Shown: positions 23,822-30,803 of the stretch, in pieces
How the letters are laid out: each line of letters begins with the position of its first letter
Numbering within the stretch: the stretch's first letter is position 1
Assembly: GCA_050186335.1 (NCBI GenBank)
Contig: JBFWYO010000033.1
Location: 1 to 40,000 of the forward strand
Source of the DNA: Alphaproteobacteria bacterium
GTDB lineage: Bacteria; Pseudomonadota; Alphaproteobacteria; Bin65
DNA: 40,000 nt
Direction of reading: 5' to 3'
Position numbers and translations under genes: made by a program
Notes under the pieces: model-generated
What the model was told of the DNA's origin: nothing
Database searches by the model: none
What the model saw: the letters and a program-made list of their open reading frames with translations, nothing else

Positions 23822-25348
23822 GTGTCGGAAACGCGCCATCGCGGGGCGATTACCGTTTGCGTGATGCTCGCCACCATCATGCAGGCGCTCGACATGACGA
23901 TCGCGAACGTGGCGCTGCCGTTCATGCAGGGTTCGCTCAATGCCGGACTCGATCAGATCAATTGGGTGCTGACGTCCTATATCGTCGCGACCGCGATCAT
24001 GATGCCGCTGACCGGCTGGATGGTCGCGCGCTTCGGCCGGAAACAGGTGTTCCTGTTCACCGTGGCCGGCTTCACCGTCTCCTCCATGTTGTGCGGCATG
24101 GCGGGCTCGCTCGAGCAGATGGTGGTGTTCCGCCTCCTGCAGGGCGTGTTCGGCGCGCCCCTGGTGCCGCTCTCCCAGACCGTGCTGCTGGATTCCTATC
24201 CGCGCGAAAAGCACGGCCAGGCCACGGCCCTCTGGGGTGTGGGCATCATGGTCGGACCGATCATGGGGCCGACCCTCGGCGGCTGGTTGACCGAATATTA
24301 CAATTGGCGCTGGGTATTCTACATCAACCTGCCGATCGGCCTGCTGACCCTCGCCGGGCTCGGCCTGTATCTCACCGAATCGCCGCGCGATAAGAAACTC
24401 AGTTTCGACTGGTTCGGGTTTCTGACTCTCAGTTTGGCCATCGGTGCGCTGCAGATGATGCTCGATCGCGGCGAACAACTCGATTGGTTCGCGTCGACCG
24501 AGATCGTCGTTTACGCGGCGCTCTGCGCGCTCGGCATGTATTTGTTCCTGGTGCATACGTTCACGGTCGACAAACCGTTTCTCGACCGCGAAATGTTCAT
24601 CGACCGCAACTTCTCGATGGGGCTTATCTTCATATTTCTCGTCGGCGTGCTGTTGCTGGCGACCATGGCGCTGCTGACGCCGTTCCTGCAAAATCTGCTC
24701 GGTTATCCCGTGCTGACGGCCGGTTTGCTCATGGGCCCGCGCGGCATCGGCACCATGATCGGCATGTTCATGGTCGGGCGAATGATCAATCTGATGGATC
24801 CGCGCCTGTTGGTCGTAATCGGCTTGGCGTTGACCGCCTGGTCGCTGCACGTGATGTCCGAGTTCTCGCTCGATGTGACCCAGTGGCAGATCATTTGGAG
24901 CGGTTTGGTGCAAGGGCTCGGCCTGGGACTCCTGTTCGTCCCGCTGTCGATCATCACGTTCGCGACCCTGGAGCCGCGTTTCCGCACCCAAGGCTCGGCG
25001 CTGTTCAGCCTCACGCGCAGCATCGGCTCGAGCCTCGGCATCTCGTTGGTGATCTTCATGTTAGGCCGCAACACGCAGATCATGCACGCGACCATCGCCG
25101 AGCACATCACGCCGTTCAATCCGATCCTGCAGTTTCCCAACGTGGCGGCGGTCTGGAACATGGCGACCGAGGCCGGCCGCATGGCGCTGAACCACGAAAT
25201 CACGCGCCAGGCGACCATGATCGGCTTCATCAATGATTTCCGCCTGATGATGTACGTGTCGATCGCGGCCATGCCGCTGGTGCTGATCCTGCGCAAGCCG
25301 CGCCACGCCGAGCCGGACGATCTGGCGACCACCGCGGCGCTCGAATAG
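23822..25348 (+). CDS. emrB: DHA2-family MFS efflux transporter (EmrB/QacA subfamily, 14-TMS type)
   Basis: The start is a GTG. LATIMQALDMTIANVALPFMQGSL, GWMVARFGRKQVF and LLQGVFGAPLVPLS are EmrB-like motifs, and the 508 aa length fits. Confidence 0.9.
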   Translation: MSETRHRGAITVCVMLATIMQALDMTIANVALPFMQGSLNAGLDQINWVLTSYIVATAIMMPLTGWMVARFGRKQVFLFTVAGFTVSSMLCGMAGSLEQMVVFRLLQGVFGAPLVPLSQTVLLDSYPREKHGQATALWGVGIMVGPIMGPTLGGWLTEYYNWRWVFYINLPIGLLTLAGLGLYLTESPRDKKLSFDWFGFLTLSLAIGALQMMLDRGEQLDWFASTEIVVYAALCALGMYLFLVHTFTVDKPFLDREMFIDRNFSMGLIFIFLVGVLLLATMALLTPFLQNLLGYPVLTAGLLMGPRGIGTMIGMFMVGRMINLMDPRLLVVIGLALTAWSLHVMSEFSLDVTQWQIIWSGLVQGLGLGLLFVPLSIITFATLEPRFRTQGSALFSLTRSIGSSLGISLVIFMLGRNTQIMHATIAEHITPFNPILQFPNVAAVWNMATEAGRMALNHEITRQATMIGFINDFRLMMYVSIAAMPLVLILRKPRHAEPDDLATTAALE

Positions 25349-25412
25349 CGGGCGCACGCGGCGAGGTGACAGCGGCCCGATTTGCCGCTATCCAATCGGA
25401 CGGGGATCAGCC

Positions 25413-26597
25413 ATGACGCAAAATCCAACGCCGGCCCTGTCCGCCGCCGCACTCGTCGCCCGCGCCCGCGAACTGGCCGCCGAGCTGGCCCCGCGCGCGG
25501 CCGAGATCGATGCCGCCCGGCGTGTGCCGGCCGAGGTCATCGAGCGGTTGCGCGCGGCCGAACTGTTTGCCGCCTTGCAGCCGCGTGCCTATGGCGGCGC
25601 CGAAATCCCGCTGGCGGATTACATGACCATGGTCATGCACTTGGCCGAAACCGGCGGGTCGCTCGGCTGGGTGTTCAGCGTATTGGCGCTGCATCAATGG
25701 AATGTCGCGCTGTTCGCGCGCGAGGCGCAGGACGAGGTCTGGCGCGATCCGCACGCGCTGGTGGCGTCCAGCTACGCGCCCGCCGGCCCGATCGAACGCG
25801 ACGGTAACGGCTGGGCGATCCGCGGTCGCTGGTCGTTCGCCAGCGGCTGTGACAATGCGACCTGGAGCATACTCGGCGGCCTGCTGCCGGGCGAGGGCGG
25901 GACGCCGCAGCGCCATTCGCTGTTCCTGGTGCCGAAGCGCGACTACCGCATCGACGACAATTGGCACGTGCTCGGCCTGCGCGGCACCGGCAGCAAGGAT
26001 ATCGTCATCGAGCGCGCGGTGGTTCCGGCGCACCGCGTGCTGACCATCGCCGACGTCGCCGCCGGCATGGCGCCGGGCACCGCGTTGCACGGCAACACGC
26101 TCTACAAGCTGCCGTTCTGGAGCGTGGTGCCGTATTCGCTCGCATCGCCCGGGATCGGCATCGCGCGCGGCTGCCTGAAAGCCTTCGTCGGCGACATGCG
26201 CACGCGCGCCAAGCGCGGCACCGGCACCAAGGTGGCGCAGTTCCCGACCCTGCATTTGCGCGTGGCGGAAGCCACCGCCGCGGTCGATGCGGCGCAAACC
26301 GTGTTGTTGACCGACGCCGTGCTGCTGCAGAAGGCCGCTGCCAACAACGCGGTCGATGTATCGCTGCGCCTGCGCATCCGGCGCAACCACGCCTACGCGC
26401 TGAAGCTGGCCCGCCAGGGCATCGAGCAACTGGCCGATGCGGCCGGCGCGGCGATCCTGCGCGATGACCATCCGATGCAGCGCCCGTTCCGCGACTTGCG
26501 CGCGGTTTCCGCGCATATCTCGATGAACTGGGACGCCGCCGGCACCGCCTTCGGCGCCGCTTCGCTCGGACTCAATCCCGAGGGCGCGACCTACTGA
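25413..26597 (+). CDS. acyl-CoA dehydrogenase-fold flavin-dependent monooxygenase (group D, HsaA/C2-HpaH/DszC-like oxygenase component)
   Basis: This 394 aa protein contains GRWSFASGCDNATW, LGLRGTGSKDIVIE and a C-terminal DLRAVSAHISMNWD. The pattern matches the monooxygenase branch of the ACAD fold rather than true acyl-CoA dehydrogenases; the assignment is by memory of motifs. Confidence 0.75.
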   Translation: MTQNPTPALSAAALVARARELAAELAPRAAEIDAARRVPAEVIERLRAAELFAALQPRAYGGAEIPLADYMTMVMHLAETGGSLGWVFSVLALHQWNVALFAREAQDEVWRDPHALVASSYAPAGPIERDGNGWAIRGRWSFASGCDNATWSILGGLLPGEGGTPQRHSLFLVPKRDYRIDDNWHVLGLRGTGSKDIVIERAVVPAHRVLTIADVAAGMAPGTALHGNTLYKLPFWSVVPYSLASPGIGIARGCLKAFVGDMRTRAKRGTGTKVAQFPTLHLRVAEATAAVDAAQTVLLTDAVLLQKAAANNAVDVSLRLRIRRNHAYALKLARQGIEQLADAAGAAILRDDHPMQRPFRDLRAVSAHISMNWDAAGTAFGAASLGLNPEGATY

Positions 26598-27509
26598 TCA
26601 TTCCGCCGCCGGTTGCGCCTGCGCCGCCGCCTGTCTGCGCAGCCGCGCCTCGCGCTGGCCGATATAGAGCGCGCTGCCGGCGATCACCAAGGCGCCCACC
26701 ACGGTCCATTCGTCCGGGATCTCCAGGAACACGATGTAGCCGAGCACGGCGGCGAAAATTAGCTGCGTGTAGCTGAACGGCGCCAGGGAGGCGGTGTCGC
26801 CGCGGCTCCAGCCCTTGATCGCGGCCCATTGCGCGAAGGTGCCGACGATCGCGGCCAGCAGCGTGAGCCCGATCATCGCCCACGACATCGGCTGCCAGAC
26901 ATAGATCGCCATCGGCGCCGTGGCGATCGAGCCGCACACGCCGAAATAGAACATGATGGTGATCGATTTTTCGGTCGTACTGAGCTTTTTCAGCAGGGTT
27001 ACGATGAAGCCGGCCAGGAAGGCGGCGGCGAGCGCCACGAGGGTCGCGAATTCGACGGTCGCGAAGCCGGGCCGAATCATGATGAGCACGCCCAGAAAGC
27101 CGAGCCCGGTCGCCGTCCAGCGCCGCCAGCCGACCACTTCGCCCAGCAGGATGGCGGCGGTGACCACCGTGAACATGGCCTTGGAGAAATTGATCGCGGT
27201 CACGTCGGCGAGCGGCAGCTTGGTGATGGCGTAATAGGTGCACGCCATGGCGGTGACGCCGAGCAGGCCGCGCATGATGTGCATGCCGGGGCGGCTGGTT
27301 CTAATGCCGCCGGCGCGGATCGCCAGCGGCAGGACGAACAGGCCGGTCAGGACGCAGCGCAGGAACACGATCTGGAACGAGTCGAGATCCCGTCCGAGCA
27401 GCTTCACGCACACGGCTTGCGCCGCGAACGCCAGACAGGACGCGACGATCCACATCGCGCCGGCGGCATTGGCGCTGTTATGCGCATGAGCTTGTGGCAG
27501 ACTATTCAT
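26598..27509 (-). CDS. DMT superfamily (EamA-like) transporter
   Basis: A 303 aa protein with about 10 hydrophobic segments in a duplicated EamA-type architecture (..KLLGRDLDSFQIVFLRC.. and ..WAAIKGWSRGDTASLAPFSYTQLIFAAVLG..). Confidence 0.85.
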   Translation of the reverse strand: MNSLPQAHAHNSANAAGAMWIVASCLAFAAQAVCVKLLGRDLDSFQIVFLRCVLTGLFVLPLAIRAGGIRTSRPGMHIMRGLLGVTAMACTYYAITKLPLADVTAINFSKAMFTVVTAAILLGEVVGWRRWTATGLGFLGVLIMIRPGFATVEFATLVALAAAFLAGFIVTLLKKLSTTEKSITIMFYFGVCGSIATAPMAIYVWQPMSWAMIGLTLLAAIVGTFAQWAAIKGWSRGDTASLAPFSYTQLIFAAVLGYIVFLEIPDEWTVVGALVIAGSALYIGQREARLRRQAAAQAQPAAE

Positions 27510-27637
27510 GCGTGGAGTGCGGTGCAGGCCCTGGCGATGCGGTCTTTCGCAACGACGAAAGTTTCACTATCTTCTCGGGCACGCTGGGCCGGCGCAAGCG
27601 TATGAATAGACACGGCCTCCATGCTTAACCGGCGGCA

Positions 27638-28315
27638 ATGACCTCGCTTACCCGCGAATCGATTCGAGACGGCGTTATCCAGCGAACCCTGGAAGAGAGC
27701 GGGGTGACGCTGTTGACCGAGTCGGAACTTGCCGCGGTGCGCGGGCGGGTGTTCGCGCAGCATCCGGCCGGCACCGACATGTGGGTGTTCGGCTACGGCT
27801 CGCTGATCTGGAACCCGGCGTTCCACTACGTCGAACGGCGCATGGGCGTGATCCGCGGCTATCACCGGCGGTTCTGCCTGTGGACCCATCTGGGCCGCGG
27901 CTCGCCCGAGAATCCGGGCCTGACCCTGGGCCTGGAGACCGGCGGCGTGTGCCGGGGCGTGGCCTACCGCATCGCCGCCGAATGCGTGCACGAGGAAATC
28001 ACCATCCTGTTCCGGCGCGAAATGCTGACCGGCGCCTATGTACCCACCTGGGTCGATGTGGCGACCGTCGAAGGCAAAGTGCGGGGGCTGACGTTCGTGA
28101 TCAATAAGCGTTTCGAACGCTATGCCGGCCGGCTCACCGAGGCGCAGATCGTGCAATCGATCGCCACCGCGACCGGCCGTTTCGGCCCCTGTTCGGATTA
28201 CCTGTTCAATACCGTCCAGCACCTGGAAGAACTGGGTATCGTCGACCGCAATATGGAGCGCCTCAAGCGCAAGGTCGAAGAGCGCTGCCGCGAGATCTCC
28301 GGCCACGCGCCGTAA
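27638..28315 (+). CDS. chaC: ChaC family gamma-glutamylcyclotransferase (glutathione-specific type)
   Basis: VFGYGSLIWNPAF is the substrate-binding YGSL motif, followed by RGYHRRFCLWT..RGSPENPGLTLGLE.GG.C.GVAY. Confidence 0.85.
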   Translation: MTSLTRESIRDGVIQRTLEESGVTLLTESELAAVRGRVFAQHPAGTDMWVFGYGSLIWNPAFHYVERRMGVIRGYHRRFCLWTHLGRGSPENPGLTLGLETGGVCRGVAYRIAAECVHEEITILFRREMLTGAYVPTWVDVATVEGKVRGLTFVINKRFERYAGRLTEAQIVQSIATATGRFGPCSDYLFNTVQHLEELGIVDRNMERLKRKVEERCREISGHAP

Positions 28316-28343
28316 TGTTTCTCGGTTGCTTGCCGAAGCTCCG

Positions 28344-28673
28344 CTAGCAGCCGCACGACGCCAGGCATCGCGATCGCTGCCCTGCGCAGGCGCCCGGCCG
28401 GCCACCGCTGCCGATGCAGGCCGCGTAGCCGCGCGCGCAACTCTGCCGGCACGCGTTGTTGCAGGCGGCAAGTTGCACCGGCGGCGCCGTGAACCGGTCC
28501 AGCACGCGCTGGGTGCGATCCGCCTCGGCATGCTTGGCCAAGGACACCGATGCCACGTCGCCGATGCAAGCCTGACCGAGCGGCTGGAACGGCATGCCAG
28601 CCGGCACCGTCGTCGCCGGGCCGATGACCGCGATCAAGAGGCAGATCAGCATTCCGGCAAGTCGGCGGCGCAT
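28344..28673 (-). CDS. small secreted cysteine-rich protein (109 aa), function unknown
   Basis: Hand translation shows strong G/C third-position bias (CGC, CTG, ATC, GGC, TGC). The N-terminal signal-like segment is MRRRLAGMLICLLIAVIGPATTVPAG. The C-terminal 39 residues carry 8 Cys in the pattern C-x3-C-x3-C-x6-C-x9-C-x6-C-x3-C-x-C. I recognise no homologue. Confidence 0.6.
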   Translation of the reverse strand: MRRRLAGMLICLLIAVIGPATTVPAGMPFQPLGQACIGDVASVSLAKHAEADRTQRVLDRFTAPPVQLAACNNACRQSCARGYAACIGSGGRPGACAGQRSRCLASCGC

Positions 28674-28789
28674 TGGTCGGCGCTCGTTCGTTGTTGCGGC
28701 GAATAATACACCAGAGCGCGCCTGAATGGGCGGTGAATTCGGTTAAGCCGTTGAAACGGGGCGATTTCTCGATTTGCCGCGGGATTTTA

Positions 28790-28809
28790 CTATCATTTGA
28801 TAACGATAG
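28790..28809. promoter_or_regulatory. Nested AT-rich palindrome, candidate operator (Fur-superfamily-like look)
   Basis: In CTATCATTTGATAACGATAG, the outer arms CTATC...GATAG form a 5 bp inverted repeat. The inner TATCA-tt-TGATA is a perfect 5-2-5 palindrome. It sits in the divergent region between the Cys-rich protein gene and paralogue 2. Confidence 0.3.
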
Positions 28810-28878
28810 ACCGCGCCCACGCGGCTTGTTAGGTTGGTCGAAAGCGCCCGATCAATGGCGCGTACGAGGGAGAGGAAG

Positions 28879-29886
28879 ATGCAGTCAGCGCGAAACATCC
28901 TGCTCGTCGGCAGCGTGCCGTTCGCCACGGCGGAGGCGGTGTTCGAGAATTGCGCCCATCTGCTGGGCGACAAGGTGCGCCGGCTGCCCGACGGCGAAAC
29001 CGGCGCGCGGACCAATTGGATCATGTGGCAACGCCGCCTGGTCGCCGACAATCCGGGGCTCGAGCCGCTGGCCAGCGATCCCGGCTTTCCGGCCCCGCGC
29101 TTCCGGGTGAAACCCGGCGTGAACAAGGTGGAATTCGCCAATCTCGGCTACGCCGATGCGGCGCTGCAGTCCTATGCCGCGTTTCGCACGCTCAAGCGGC
29201 GCGGCAAGATCGGCCTCAAGCATAAATTCATGGTCGCCCTGCCGACGCCGCTGGCGGTGGTGGCCGCCTATATCGAACCGGACTCGCAAGCCTTGGTCGA
29301 GCCCGCCTACCAGGCACGGCTGCTGACCGAGCTGGGCATGATCCTCAATGCCGTGCCGCACGACGAACTGGCCGTCCAGTGGGACATCGCCATCGAGTTC
29401 GCGATCCTCGAAGGCCTGCGCTTCGTGCACTTCAAGAACGCCAAGGAGGGCATCCTGGACCGGCTGGTGGCGTTGAGCGAAGCCGTGCCGTCGGGCGTCG
29501 AGCTGGGGTTGCATCTATGCTACGGCGATTCCGGACATAAGCACTTCAAGGAGCCGGACGACACCAAGCTCATGGTTGAGATCTCCAACGTGCTGGCGCA
29601 GCGGATCAAGCGCCGCATCGATTGGCTGCATATGCCGGTGCCGCGCAACCGTGCCGACGATGCGTTCTTCGCGCCGCTGAAGGACCTCAAGCTGCAGCCG
29701 ACCACGGAATTGTTCCTCGGCCTGGTGCACATGACCGATGGCTTGGAAGGCACCAAGAAGCGCATGGCGACCGCGTCGAAATATTGCGCCAGCTATGGCG
29801 TTGCCACCGAGTGCGGCCTGGGCCGGCGCAAGCCGGAAACCCTGCCCGAGCTGTTCAAGATTCATCTCGACGCGGCGTCGGCGTAG
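28879..29886 (+). CDS. uncharacterised protein, MetE C-terminal/UROD-like putative Zn enzyme family (paralogue 2)
   Basis: ATG 28879 is preceded by GAGGGAGAGGAAG, and the N-terminus MQSARNILLVGSVPF aligns with paralogue 1 (MTATSARLIHLVGSVPL). The two share RLPDGETG, VALPT, QWD, VELGLHLCYG, LHMPVPRNRADDAFFAPL, GLVH and ATECGLGRR. Confidence 0.8.
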   Translation: MQSARNILLVGSVPFATAEAVFENCAHLLGDKVRRLPDGETGARTNWIMWQRRLVADNPGLEPLASDPGFPAPRFRVKPGVNKVEFANLGYADAALQSYAAFRTLKRRGKIGLKHKFMVALPTPLAVVAAYIEPDSQALVEPAYQARLLTELGMILNAVPHDELAVQWDIAIEFAILEGLRFVHFKNAKEGILDRLVALSEAVPSGVELGLHLCYGDSGHKHFKEPDDTKLMVEISNVLAQRIKRRIDWLHMPVPRNRADDAFFAPLKDLKLQPTTELFLGLVHMTDGLEGTKKRMATASKYCASYGVATECGLGRRKPETLPELFKIHLDAASA

Positions 29887-29901
29887 CGGCCGGCGGGCCG
29901 A

Positions 29902-30657
29902 TCAGGTTTTCCGACAGAGCACCACATCGGTCAGTTCGCCCAGGATTCCGTGGGTCCGATCGGCGAAGCGGTACACGCGTACGTCGAACGGCGCCCACTC
30001 GGCGATCTGCCGGTGGACATTGTAGCCGTAATCCATCGTCACCAGCGTGCCGCGCGGATCGACCGGACTGCCGTGATACAGTTCCGGCTTGATCGGTATT
30101 GCGGCGCCGTCGGCGTCGATCCCGATGCGCGCATCGACCGCGCGTTCCTGCGACGGGCCGATCGGAAACGTGGCGAGGAACGCGCCGCCCGGGCGCAGCG
30201 TGCGGTGGATTTCCGCAATCGCCAGCGCCGGCCGCGCGACATGCTCGAGGACGTCGAGCGCGATCACGAGATCGAAACTGGCGTCGGCGAAACTCTGGCG
30301 TTCCAGGTTCTCGTTGCGCGCGGCGCCGACCGGCTCGCCGGGCGGGCGGTCCGGGTAAAACTGGGTTTCGACGTAGCGTCTGCAGTCGCACCGCAGGATG
30401 TGGGAAATGCCGCGCTCGACCGGCGCGGCTTCGTGAATGCGCCGGCGCCGCCATTTCGGCTCCGTTTCGCGCAGCACCAGCGCCAGGGCGCGCTCGCGCG
30501 GCAGCGAGCCGTTCGGGCATGAGGTACAAAACAGCGAATCGCGCAGGTAGGGCGTCCCGGCGCGAAACGTCGCCGGACACTCGCAGATCGGGCAAAACCC
30601 GCGATATTCCAACTTGAACGGCGCGTCTGGTGTCACCAAAGCCCCGGTGCGTTGCAA
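29902..30657 (-). CDS. class I SAM-dependent methyltransferase with N-terminal Cys-rich zinc-ribbon-like segment
   Basis: FCPICECPATFRAGTPYLRDSLFCTSCP contains CxxCxC...CxxC. The downstream SFDLVIALDVLEHVARPALAIAEIHRTLRPGGAFL is the Methyltransf_11/25-like motif II/III region. The exact start is uncertain, since only one ATG is available. Confidence 0.8.
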   Translation of the reverse strand: MQRTGALVTPDAPFKLEYRGFCPICECPATFRAGTPYLRDSLFCTSCPNGSLPRERALALVLRETEPKWRRRRIHEAAPVERGISHILRCDCRRYVETQFYPDRPPGEPVGAARNENLERQSFADASFDLVIALDVLEHVARPALAIAEIHRTLRPGGAFLATFPIGPSQERAVDARIGIDADGAAIPIKPELYHGSPVDPRGTLVTMDYGYNVHRQIAEWAPFDVRVYRFADRTHGILGELTDVVLCRKT

Positions 30658-30750
30658 ACGACCGCAGCATCATAGGGCAAATCGCCGCCGAATGCGGCTA
30701 TGGGGACGGGCGACGGCGTGGACTTTGCAGTGTTCGGCGGGAAGGTGGAA

Positions 30751-30776
30751 TTCCCTCCCCCGCAAGGGGGAGGGAA
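30751..30776. repeat. REP-like hairpin, family A (third copy)
   Basis: TTCCCTCCCCC-gcaa-GGGGGAGGGAA has an 11 bp perfect stem. It lies between the secreted-protein gene stop (30804) and the methyltransferase start (30657), and no T-run follows it. Confidence 0.75.
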
Positions 30777-30803
30777 AAGTGGCGGATGGTGTTTCGGCGC
30801 GCC

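Noticed and set aside
27544-27561. Inverted repeat CTTTCG-caacga-CGAAAG in the DMT/ChaC divergent region
   Set aside because: It is a single short 6 bp repeat with no supporting context or second copy. It could be a chance occurrence, so it is noted only.
29887-29901. Small hairpin CGGCC-ggcg-GGCCG between the convergent stops of paralogue 2 and the methyltransferase, considered as a bidirectional terminator
   Set aside because: The stem is only 5 bp and no T-run lies outside coding sequence. That is too weak to call.
20475-30776. Whether the repeated hairpins could be a CRISPR array
   Set aside because: The copies are scattered across separate loci rather than regularly spaced. They are internally palindromic and occur in both orientations. 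No cas genes are present. They are REP-type elements.
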